DNA of 64,000 nt from a virus (Duplodnaviria > Caudoviricetes): IMG/VR virus record IMGVR_UViG_3300035208_002098, positions 64,001 through 128,000 of that record; one strand, 5' to 3'. This document shows positions 49,600 to 58,054 of this stretch, one piece after another (the stretch's first letter is position 1; every line of letters begins with the position of its first letter). The position numbers were made by a program, and so were the translations under genes. The notes under the pieces were generated by a model. That model did no database searches. It was not told the origin of the DNA and saw nothing but the letters and a program-made list of their open reading frames with translations.

Positions 49600-50253
49600 T
49601 TATTTTCTACCTTTTACCCAACCTTCGTTTTCCCAATTAGGTAAATCGTCTTTTTTAATTTTTTTATTGTTATTATCTTTAGTAATCCAACAAGTACCAT
49701 ATTGTGAATTAGTTTCACCAACACCAGTACCACTTTTAATTTTAGACATTTTAACTTTAGTTTCATTTGAATGGATTTTACCTGTCCAATCAGGTATTAC
49801 TATTTTACCATCTTTATGCGTGTTTTTAGCTAAATTAGAAACCCTAAGACGATGTATTTCTCGATAATCACTATCGTTCTTTAATCTATTACCGTGTGCC
49901 TCACCACCTTTTTTACATTGATTCGCTTTATTATTTAAACCATTTTCATTTATAATGTAAAAACTACCACTACCACCGACAACTAAATTCATACATTCTT
50001 TCTTAGCTATTTCACTTAATGTAACTACTTCTTCCTCACGTTTCTTTAATTCATCTCTACTTTCACAGAATTCTAATATTTCTCTATTAAAATTAGTTTT
50101 ACCATGTTTCTTAATTGCTCTACTTAATCTAGTTCCACTACCTAGATAACCATCTTCTAGGTTATTGGTACTATGCATTCCTATATAATATCTACCACTT
50201 AATAGGTTAGTAGTTTTATAGATAAAATGATATTGTTTTTCTTTTCTCGCCAT
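49600..50253 (-). CDS. Seg-like GIY-YIG homing endonuclease
   Basis: FIYKTTN...YYIGMHST...YLGSG. Confidence 0.88.
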   Translation of the reverse strand: MARKEKQYHFIYKTTNLLSGRYYIGMHSTNNLEDGYLGSGTRLSRAIKKHGKTNFNREILEFCESRDELKKREEEVVTLSEIAKKECMNLVVGGSGSFYIINENGLNNKANQCKKGGEAHGNRLKNDSDYREIHRLRVSNLAKNTHKDGKIVIPDWTGKIHSNETKVKMSKIKSGTGVGETNSQYGTCWITKDNNNKKIKKDDLPNWENEGWVKGRK

Positions 50254-50319
50254 AATATTCGTACTTTATTATATAAATATCATGTCATATTCAAAAAGTA
50301 CAAAAACATGACATTTGTG

Positions 50320-50391
50320 CGGCTTATCCGGGACTCGAACCCGGTTCTCCAGCGTGACAAGCTGGAAGGATAACCCATACCCTAATAAGCC
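50320..50391 (-). tRNA. tRNA-Asp(GTC)
   Basis: CCAGC-TTGTCAC-GCTGG, G73. Confidence 0.8.
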
Positions 50392-50396
50392 AAGTG

Positions 50397-50474
50397 CGGA
50401 CTAGAGGGAATTCGAATCCCTGTTTTAGAGGAGTGACAGTCCAATTCTCACACGCCAGTTGAGCACCCTAGTCC
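50397..50474 (-). tRNA. tRNA-Asp(GTC), atypical
   Basis: GGA-CTGTCAC-TCC, G73. Confidence 0.62.
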
Positions 50475-50475
50475 A

Positions 50476-51075
50476 TTATTTAATATTTTTACCACCATGT
50501 GTATCCAATGTTGCATTACAATTCGGACATACAATACGTAAATTTTCTATTCTATTATCATCATTAATACCATTTATATGGTCTAATATTAATGACATAT
50601 GTTTACCATCCCATTCTTCACCTTGACCACATAATTCACATTTACGTTCTTTTAAACCTTCTTTATATAATCTTTCTTTAAGGTTGGTAGTATAAATATA
50701 TGTAGAATTTTCAACTAATATTTCACTTAAATTTTTTTTAGCTGACGGTGTTTTCATACCATTCCTAAAATGAGAAATATCACATTTATATATTTTTATA
50801 TATTTTTTAATTGTTTGTCTATTACCCATTGTTGTAGATAGTTTTAAATTTCTACAAACATCTACATAATTAATAGAGTTTTTAATAATTTCAGTGAAAT
50901 ATAATTCTTCATATCTTTTATTAGGTAATCGTTTAATACCAAGTTTATCTATTTTTTGTTTAACATTTTTAATGTTTCTACCAGATAATAGTTCAAAGCA
51001 GTATTTACAACCATATTCTGGGTAATTGTTATATAAAATATCAATCTCATCCTTAGTCCATAATTTTCCAACCAT
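50476..51075 (-). CDS. HNH homing endonuclease
   Basis: CELC...LDHING...NLRIVCPNC. Confidence 0.88.
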   Translation of the reverse strand: MVGKLWTKDEIDILYNNYPEYGCKYCFELLSGRNIKNVKQKIDKLGIKRLPNKRYEELYFTEIIKNSINYVDVCRNLKLSTTMGNRQTIKKYIKIYKCDISHFRNGMKTPSAKKNLSEILVENSTYIYTTNLKERLYKEGLKERKCELCGQGEEWDGKHMSLILDHINGINDDNRIENLRIVCPNCNATLDTHGGKNIK

Positions 51076-51099
51076 ATATATTTATTTTTTAATTATTTG

Positions 51100-51171
51100 T
51101 GCCTAGAGTTGGAATTGAACCAACGACACCCGGCTCTTCAAACCGGTGCTCTACCCCTGAGCTACCTAGGC
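51100..51171 (-). tRNA. tRNA-Phe(GAA)
   Basis: CCGGT-TTGAAGA-GCCGG. Confidence 0.88.
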
Positions 51172-51259
51172 TTTTTAAGGTTTTACCCTTATATTTTAAT
51201 TAATTTATAAGGTTATAAGCTTATAAACATACTTTATAAGCCTTTAAGCTTATATTTTG

Positions 51260-51290
51260 TGGAACCAATCGGAGTTGACCCGATGTCTAA
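51260..51290 (-). pseudogene. 3' remnant of a tRNA-Ala or tmRNA
   Basis: GAC-ATCGG-GTCAACT-CCGAT-TGGTTCC-A abutting the HNH stop; no 5' half seen. Confidence 0.45.
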
Positions 51291-51788
51291 CTAATGATTT
51301 CTTATATACTCTAATAACTTTTCATCATTATGTTTATTATGTTCCTCACTATGACAATTACCACATAATAATATACACTTATCTAATTCATTTTTTAACA
51401 CATCCCAACTTTTATTAGATGAACTAGAAATTGTGAATTCTTTTTCATTTTGTGATAAATGATGAAATTGTAGTCCTGATAAAGATTTATTATACCCACA
51501 TATTTGACAACAACCACCTTTATAGTCAATTGCTCTTACTTTAAATTTATATCTTCTCACCCTAATAGCACATGCACCACACGTTGACCGGTTTTTAAAA
51601 TTATTTTCAATTTCATGCCCACAAATAACACAATTATAATTTTTTACTTTTTCATTAGACTTAGTTAAACCTAATTTTTTTAATAATCTACCAACTGTTG
51701 TATCGTGACAATTTAAAATTGCACCTATTTTAACATTAGATAAACCACTTTCATACAGCCTTATTAACTCTTTTTCATCAACACCCAT
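51291..51788 (-). CDS. HNH homing endonuclease
   Basis: KGGCCQICGY...LQFHH...LCGNCHSEEH. Confidence 0.88.
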   Translation of the reverse strand: MGVDEKELIRLYESGLSNVKIGAILNCHDTTVGRLLKKLGLTKSNEKVKNYNCVICGHEIENNFKNRSTCGACAIRVRRYKFKVRAIDYKGGCCQICGYNKSLSGLQFHHLSQNEKEFTISSSSNKSWDVLKNELDKCILLCGNCHSEEHNKHNDEKLLEYIRNH

Positions 51789-51820
51789 ATTTTTATATTT
51801 AATAATTTAATTATATTTTG

Positions 51821-51901
51821 TACTCTCGATGAGATTTGAACTCACACATCTTTCGATACCGGGTTTTGAATCCAGCTTGTCTACCGTTCCAGCACGAGAG
51901 C
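51821..51901 (-). tRNA. tRNA-Leu(CAA)
   Basis: loop TTCAAAA, class II arm, A73. Confidence 0.85.
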
Positions 51902-52003
51902 TTAATAAACCTATTTTTGCATGATAAACCAACCTAGTTTATTGTGCATAATAACATCGTTTTTACATAATATCATAATACATGTTATTATGCACGATTT
52001 ATG

Positions 52004-52660
52004 TTATTGTATAATATTTATTTTTCTACCTTTACACCACCCATTAGATTCATATTCAACTAATAATTCTACCTTAATCTTTTTATTACTATCTTCTTTG
52101 GTAATCCAACAAGTACCATAAGATGGGTTTTTATCACCATCATATTTACCTTTCATAGAATTAGATAAATTACTTTTAGTTTCATTAGTATGTTTTTTAT
52201 TTTTAAAGTTAGCGTGATTAAAATTAATCCGTTTATGACTATCACTTATTTTTTTACAATATTCTTTATACCAATCTTCATCATTTTCTCTCAACCATTT
52301 TATAATTTTATGTGATGCTTCATAATTAACCGTTTCAAAAAATTTTTTTCTATGTTCCTCACTACTAAAACCACCACCACCACCAACTTGTAAATTCATA
52401 CATTCTTTCTTAGCTATTTCACTTAATGTAACTATTTCAGATTCACGTTTCTTTAATTCTTCTCGTGAAGAACAGAATTCTAATATCACCCTACTAAAGT
52501 TCTCTTTACCGTGTTTCTTAATTGCTCTACTAATTAAATAACCACTACCTAGATAACCATCTTCTAAGTTATCTGTGCTATGCATTCCTATATAATATCT
52601 ACCACTTAATAAATTAGTAGTCTTATAGATGAAATGATATAATTTTTGTTTTCTTGCCAT
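52004..52660 (-). CDS. Seg-like GIY-YIG homing endonuclease (paralog of 49600-50253)
   Basis: near-identical N-terminal 95 aa and YGTCWITK tail. Confidence 0.88.
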   Translation of the reverse strand: MARKQKLYHFIYKTTNLLSGRYYIGMHSTDNLEDGYLGSGYLISRAIKKHGKENFSRVILEFCSSREELKKRESEIVTLSEIAKKECMNLQVGGGGGFSSEEHRKKFFETVNYEASHKIIKWLRENDEDWYKEYCKKISDSHKRINFNHANFKNKKHTNETKSNLSNSMKGKYDGDKNPSYGTCWITKEDSNKKIKVELLVEYESNGWCKGRKINIIQ

Positions 52661-52723
52661 GATATTTGTACTTTATTATAAATATCTAGTATTTACCAAA
52701 AAGTACAAAAACATGACATCGGG

Positions 52724-52806
52724 TGACCAAGGTGAGAGTCGAACTCACACGTCCTTTCAGACAGTAGCTTCTTAGACTACCGGGTCTGCCATTCCCCCAC
52801 TCGGCC
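52724..52806 (-). tRNA. tRNA-Leu(AAG)
   Basis: GTAGT-CTAAGAA-GCTAC, class II arm. Confidence 0.82.
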
Positions 52807-52814
52807 AATAAAAG

Positions 52815-52886
52815 CGGTCCGGAAGGGACTCGAACCCTCAACCATCTCGCAGACAACGAGTTATACCACCATTGTACTACCGGACC
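52815..52886 (-). tRNA. tRNA-Asp(GTC)
   Basis: CTCG-TTGTCTG-CGAG, G73. Confidence 0.72.
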
Positions 52887-53024
52887 ATTAATAAAAGTTT
52901 CTTATATCATCACATTGGCCAGATGTGACCTTCCTATCAATATATGTTTGTCGACCAACATAAATAATAAGTGATTTATCTCCCTCACTCACGGAGGGCC
53001 TTACATCATAAAGATTCTTTTCTG

Positions 53025-53107
53025 TGACCTCAATGGGAGTCGAACCCATACGCTCTTAGAGCATTGCCTTTTAAGGACAACGTGTCTACCAATTCCACCA
53101 TGAGGCC
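53025..53107 (-). tRNA. tRNA-Leu(TAA)
   Basis: TTGTC-CTTAAAA-GGCAA. Confidence 0.88.
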
Positions 53108-53112
53108 ATTTG

Positions 53113-53187
53113 CAGTATAGGTAGGATTTGAACCTACAACCATAGGAAGGCCGTTCCCGTGCTCACCCATCTTCTCGCTTCTATACT
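53113..53187 (-). tRNA. atypical tRNA-like RNA, anticodon undetermined
   Basis: AGTATAG/CTATACT acceptor and T arm; 5-nt loop CGGCC. Confidence 0.45.
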
Positions 53188-53253
53188 AACACCTAAATCT
53201 TATTACGTAATTATATAAATAGGTGTGGTGATTACCTTCAAAGTAACCATTTG

Positions 53254-53335
53254 TCCCCCAAGAGAGATTCGAACTCTCACGCATTTTCAGCCACGGCTTC
53301 TAAGACCGCTGTGTCTACCGTTCCACCATCGGGGG
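53254..53335 (-). tRNA. tRNA-Leu(TAG)
   Basis: GCGGT-CTTAGAA-GCCGT. Confidence 0.88.
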
Positions 53336-53367
53336 ATATTACCAATATTTCAATGAACTAAATCCAG

Positions 53368-53452
53368 TACGACCTGTAGGATTCGAACCTACGTTATACT
53401 ATTCGCCTCTACTGTGTAAAAGTAGTGCTCTTACCAACTGAGCTAAGGTCGC
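53368..53452 (-). tRNA. tRNA-Val(TAC) with long variable region
   Basis: CTACT-TTTACAC-AGTAG. Confidence 0.78.
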
Positions 53453-53459
53453 ATTTTTG

Positions 53460-53547
53460 AGTACCCGGTCAGATTTGAACTGACGATGAAGCTTTCGCTT
53501 TGGTGGTTTTGCAGACCACCCCCTTCGACCACTCGGAGCACAGATAC
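53460..53547 (-). tRNA. tRNA-Cys(GCA) with long variable arm
   Basis: GTGGT-CTGCAAA-ACCAC, U73, arm AAGCGAAAGCTT. Confidence 0.8.
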
Positions 53548-53591
53548 ATTTTTATTTCAATTTTTAAACTTTAACTCTTTAAAGTATATGC

Positions 53592-53627
53592 AAAAAAAAA
53601 GTCCAATTCTTTTGTAGAACCGGACTT
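53592..53627 (-). terminator. attenuator terminator of tRNA operon B
   Basis: AAGTCCGGTTCT-ACAAA-AGAATTGGACTT then U tract; 5' arm also pairs with AGAGGTCGGACT (about 53686-53697) in the leader ORF. Confidence 0.85.
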
Positions 53628-53662
53628 AGTTTTTTATGTTTTTAAAAATTTGTTTTACCAAA

Positions 53663-53770
53663 TTATTTATATAACTTATTAACGTAGTCCGACCTCTTTA
53701 ACGCATCAAATGCATCAAATAAGACTGCTGTACAATCTAGAAGGGCTAATATGTTAAAAGTTGTTATCAT
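53663..53770 (-). CDS. leader peptide MITTFNILALLDCTAVLFDAFDALKRSDYVNKLYK
   Basis: 35-codon ORF between promoter and terminator. Confidence 0.8.
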   Translation of the reverse strand: MITTFNILALLDCTAVLFDAFDALKRSDYVNKLYK

Positions 53771-53796
53771 TTTTATATTTTTTGTTTTATTACTAC

Positions 53797-53879
53797 TTGT
53801 TTGTTTATAAATATACTGCAAATATACGAAAAGTTTCAATACGAGTCAAGTATTTTCGCATTTATTTTTAAATTATTTT
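53797..53879 (-). promoter_or_regulatory. tandem promoter of tRNA operon B (83-bp repeat, copy 2)
   Basis: near-identical to 38232-38314. Confidence 0.8.
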
Positions 53880-53913
53880 ACATTTATTTTTTAAAATGTT
53901 GATTACTAATACG

Positions 53914-54300
53914 TTAATTTACTCTAATAACCTTATAAAAAATATTATTACTACCGTATGGAATACAGTTTACTGATTTACCAACTTCAAGATTTGACAT
54001 TTCCACTATTTTTTTATCTCTAGTATACGACAGAACTCTTTTTTCATCTAATATATTTATGATATTATCTAATGTTTGATTTTCAGCTAATGTTTTATGA
54101 TTTGGTTTTGGTTCTTTATTATTAATAGGATTAAATATCGGATTACCCATATTACTACCCATTGATGTATCTATTAATATTAAATTATATAATTTATTAC
54201 CATCTATATCTTCTTTAACTATACTTCTATTAGAATTTTGTCTTTGTTCGGTTAACAGATTAACCTTTTTAATATTTTTTATTTTATCCGATTTTCTCAT
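53914..54300 (-). CDS. hypothetical protein (LLTE N-terminal motif)
   Basis: ATATTTATA upstream. Confidence 0.55.
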   Translation of the reverse strand: MRKSDKIKNIKKVNLLTEQRQNSNRSIVKEDIDGNKLYNLILIDTSMGSNMGNPIFNPINNKEPKPNHKTLAENQTLDNIINILDEKRVLSYTRDKKIVEMSNLEVGKSVNCIPYGSNNIFYKVIRVN

Positions 54301-54358
54301 AATATAAATGTTTATTATAAATATTTGACTTTTAATAAAAATTAGGTATATTATATGT

Positions 54359-54682
54359 ATGGGGTATGTTTATTTATTACATAATTGGGATTCAGAATGT
54401 GACTTATATAAGATAGGTGTAAGTAAACATGAAGATATAATTAAAAAACGTATTAATGGTTTGCAGACCGGTAACCCACATGAGATATTATTAGTTAATA
54501 AATATGAATGTGAAAATTACTATAGAGTTGAAACCATGTTACATAATTATTATTTTGGTAATCATAAACGTGGTGAATGGTTTACGTTAGAATTTGAACA
54601 AGTGAAAGAGTTTACGGATAAATGTAAATACTTTGACGATATGATTATATTATTGAAGAAAGAAAACCCATTTTATAAATAG
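54359..54682 (+). CDS. T5orf172/GIY-YIG domain protein
   Basis: GYVY...YKIGVS...RINGLQTGNP...GEWF. Confidence 0.82.
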   Translation: MGYVYLLHNWDSECDLYKIGVSKHEDIIKKRINGLQTGNPHEILLVNKYECENYYRVETMLHNYYFGNHKRGEWFTLEFEQVKEFTDKCKYFDDMIILLKKENPFYK

Positions 54683-54925
54683 TTACATAACAATAAAACA
54701 AGCAATATAACTTAATGTAGCTAATATTATAAATAATATAAACCCAGATTTACAAGTATAATACAAACAACCATATTTTGAATTTTTCAACCAAAAATTG
54801 TAATTCCAGATAGTATCTTCTTTTTTATATGCTGTTTTTAATCCTAATTTAAGTATAATGATAACTACCAACCAAACACCGAAAAAGCTGTATATTTTAA
54901 TACCCATTTCTATTTTTTCATTCAT
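54683..54925 (-). CDS. small membrane protein
   Basis: two TM segments. Confidence 0.5.
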   Translation of the reverse strand: MNEKIEMGIKIYSFFGVWLVVIIILKLGLKTAYKKEDTIWNYNFWLKNSKYGCLYYTCKSGFILFIILATLSYIACFIVM

Positions 54926-54952
54926 AATAAAATCATTTATATTAAATAAGTT

Positions 54953-55234
54953 TTACTTTTTTGTAATTACAATTCTATGAACTTCTTCTATCCCATCACG
55001 TTCTAACTCACGCTTAACTTCTATATCAAACAGTTCTTCAATAGTTTTTACCTTTTTATAAATTTCGGGGCACATATATTTCTTTCCTAAAGAATAACCG
55101 TGTGTCCAAACCCAATTAAATCTATCTTCAAGATACCATTGGTACCACTTATTTATATTACTTAACTTGTATACCTTGAGTTCGTAACAATTACTTATTT
55201 GATTATCTATTATTTCTATTTTATATTTATCCAT
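54953..55234 (-). CDS. hypothetical protein
   Basis: 93-aa ORF. Confidence 0.5.
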   Translation of the reverse strand: MDKYKIEIIDNQISNCYELKVYKLSNINKWYQWYLEDRFNWVWTHGYSLGKKYMCPEIYKKVKTIEELFDIEVKRELERDGIEEVHRIVITKK

Positions 55235-55432
55235 TATGATTTAAGTTTTAAAACATCATTAATATAATTATCTACAATCACCCCAATACCAATGACCTTT
55301 ACTAACCCAAGTTACGGTTCCATCATAATAAGGATATTTCATACCATTATTAGAAACACTTATTTTTAATTTAGTATTTTCTTTTTCTAATTTATTAATC
55401 CTTTCTTCGAGTTTTTTTAAATCGTCCATAAC

Positions 55433-56440
55433 TTATAGTTTATTATTTAACATTTCTTCAAAATCATTATAAATAATCTGTTTTGGTGCACCTAATATAT
55501 ATTCTTCGAATGTATCATAAGTTAAGGCGTATTTATAAGTTATTTGTTCTTTAAAATCATTTAATGAATCACCAAGTTCTTTGCCTTGTAAACCAAATCT
55601 TCTCATAACTTCCCCACCATTGAATTTAGATTTAATATAAAGCCCTTTACAATATTCATATTCTAATCGTCTAATATTCTCTATTAGGTTAGCTTCCGGA
55701 AATGCTTTATCAATAACGTCAACATAATTTTCAACAGTATCAAATGTATATTCTTTTTTAGGTTGTTTATCCATCCATTCTAGGAATGACATATATGATT
55801 TGCGTTTAGCATTTCTGTCTCGGTTAATTTTATTAAGTTGACTTAATTGAAAGTTATCTTGATTGAAAAACTTTGATTGGTAGATAAATTCAAATATTTC
55901 TTCTAAACTATCAAAACCTTTTTCCCATTTAGAGAAATCTAAATCAAAAAAATTATAGATTCTATCATAATCTTTAGATATTGAGATTGAACCTATGTAT
56001 GACCCCTTAAATTTATGTTTATACCATAAACCTTCTTGACCATATTTAAGTCCAAATGATTGTGCTAATCTGCCAATAAAATTACCTAAATCATTATATG
56101 AAAGATACATTTGGTTTGTGTAGAAATCGTCTGGTGATGTTTTAATAAAATCAACTTGTATTTCTTTATAATCGAATGACCAACAATTTCCGTTATGAAA
56201 TATTTCATTAGGTGAAAATAATTTAGTTATTAAATCACCAATATTTGTGTTTGAATCTTTGTCTACACAACAAATAAGGTCAATATCACCAAAAGAATCC
56301 TTACTTTTGAAGAATAATGGTATTGCAGTGTCCATTACATGACCAACTAATTTACTACGAATTTCACTAGAAAATAAATCAAATTCTTCTCTAGTACAAC
56401 GTCTCGTATGCGTATTTTTTAATGCTAATCCTCCTAACAT
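55433..56440 (-). CDS. nucleotidyltransferase-like protein
   Basis: KDSFGDIDL and QVDF motifs of the Pol-beta fold. Confidence 0.6.
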   Translation of the reverse strand: MLGGLALKNTHTRRCTREEFDLFSSEIRSKLVGHVMDTAIPLFFKSKDSFGDIDLICCVDKDSNTNIGDLITKLFSPNEIFHNGNCWSFDYKEIQVDFIKTSPDDFYTNQMYLSYNDLGNFIGRLAQSFGLKYGQEGLWYKHKFKGSYIGSISISKDYDRIYNFFDLDFSKWEKGFDSLEEIFEFIYQSKFFNQDNFQLSQLNKINRDRNAKRKSYMSFLEWMDKQPKKEYTFDTVENYVDVIDKAFPEANLIENIRRLEYEYCKGLYIKSKFNGGEVMRRFGLQGKELGDSLNDFKEQITYKYALTYDTFEEYILGAPKQIIYNDFEEMLNNKL

Positions 56441-56454
56441 GATATTTCAATTTT

Positions 56455-56667
56455 TTATTTATTATTTTCCAATATATCTAAACCAGATAATAGAATATCC
56501 AATTTAGCACCACAGTCAAAATCAACGGCTACAAACCTATCTTGACTACCCCATATTGACAATTTAGTGTGAGGTATTGTCTTACCTTCTTGACCAACAG
56601 TTAATCTACTGTCATATTTAGTTAAATCACACGTTAATTTAACTCTTCTTGAATTACCATATTCCAT
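56455..56667 (-). CDS. hypothetical protein
   Basis: 70-aa ORF after promoter at 56695. Confidence 0.5.
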   Translation of the reverse strand: MEYGNSRRVKLTCDLTKYDSRLTVGQEGKTIPHTKLSIWGSQDRFVAVDFDCGAKLDILLSGLDILENNK

Positions 56668-56744
56668 GTTATATTATTTTTTATTTATTATAACGCAAAG
56701 ATAAAACAAAAAAACGAGACTTACAAATAAATCTCGTTTTAATT

Positions 56745-57056
56745 TTATTTTTTTAATATTTCCCTAGTATATGGATTAAAATGTTCTGTTACATGACAAG
56801 GTAAAATATCGTCTTTAGTTAATGGATGTCCCAACCTATCTTCAATACAATTCATACATAACATCCCTTCACCGACACCATATTTAGCCCATAAATCATG
56901 TTGTAACATATAAAAATCACGGTCATCAATAAAACAATCAGTACCACAATCACAACAAATCCATTTACTTACCGGTGTAAGACGATTAGTTTTAGTGTAT
57001 AACGGTTTACCATTCTTTATCGTTCTAAGAGTTTTTTTAAACATTATTGGTTCCAT
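56745..57056 (-). CDS. small zinc-binding protein
   Basis: CCDC...LCMNCIEDRLG. Confidence 0.6.
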   Translation of the reverse strand: MEPIMFKKTLRTIKNGKPLYTKTNRLTPVSKWICCDCGTDCFIDDRDFYMLQHDLWAKYGVGEGMLCMNCIEDRLGHPLTKDDILPCHVTEHFNPYTREILKK

Positions 57057-57058
57057 AT

Positions 57059-57964
57059 TTAAACCAATTCAACTTTATTTAATGAAAAACTGCTATTATG
57101 TAATTCCATTTTATCTAATGAAAGGAATTTAGACATGATTTCAGGCTCATATAAGCTAACCTTAATATTATGCTTACCTTCTAATAGATAAGGGTAGAAA
57201 TTAGCTCCAAACGCTAATTTTGATTGGTCTTCCGGTAGTTTTGATACTAAATATTCCCAATCAATAGTTTTGTTAGCACCTTCTGCTCTACCTTGGTTAC
57301 CATGTGGTAATAATACGAAATAATCTACTTTATCTTCCCACGTATCGTATATCTCAATAAATGTATCAATTGATTTTCTATCTGAGATTATATTATGGAA
57401 ATTTAATTTGATACCGGCATTGTAAAAGAAATCCGCTGCATCACCCCAAGAGTCATTTAAATGTGGGTGACAACTTACTGCTACACCACCACAAAATTCT
57501 TGTGTTGCACTTAAAATTTTCTTAATTCTTGGTAATGCATCACTGATTGTCTCATTTGGTAAAGTTTGTGAGAACATACCATTTGTTGTATAATTAGGTA
57601 CAATACCTAAATCATGGAATGCTTTTAATATGTTATACCAATCAGGGTGTTCAAACAACTCACCAGAGCCGGGTATTGCAACTTGAAATGGTCTTTGATT
57701 TTCAGTCATTTGACCAAAATAATTAGTTATTCTTTGTGCAGCATCTTCAACACATTTACCATTAACATTACCTTTTAAATAACACCATGGGCAGTTAGCA
57801 CGACATAAACCATTCATTGTTTCAAATATATCCACATCGTAAAATTCAGGATATTTTAGTTCAGTAATAGGTTTTGTTGGGTCTAACGCAATTCTTAACG
57901 TTTTGTGATTATGGTATATACCCTTATAATTTGATTCAGGAAATACTCTAGTTTTAATATTCAT
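57059..57964 (-). CDS. radical SAM enzyme
   Basis: CRANCPWC (CxxxCxxC), SGE..HP, YTTNG. Confidence 0.88.
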   Translation of the reverse strand: MNIKTRVFPESNYKGIYHNHKTLRIALDPTKPITELKYPEFYDVDIFETMNGLCRANCPWCYLKGNVNGKCVEDAAQRITNYFGQMTENQRPFQVAIPGSGELFEHPDWYNILKAFHDLGIVPNYTTNGMFSQTLPNETISDALPRIKKILSATQEFCGGVAVSCHPHLNDSWGDAADFFYNAGIKLNFHNIISDRKSIDTFIEIYDTWEDKVDYFVLLPHGNQGRAEGANKTIDWEYLVSKLPEDQSKLAFGANFYPYLLEGKHNIKVSLYEPEIMSKFLSLDKMELHNSSFSLNKVELV

Positions 57965-58054
57965 ATTATTTTTTTATTGATTAAACATTTAATTATAACG
58001 CAAAGATAAAACAAAAAAACGAGACTACCAAATATAATCTCGTTTTTTTATTAA

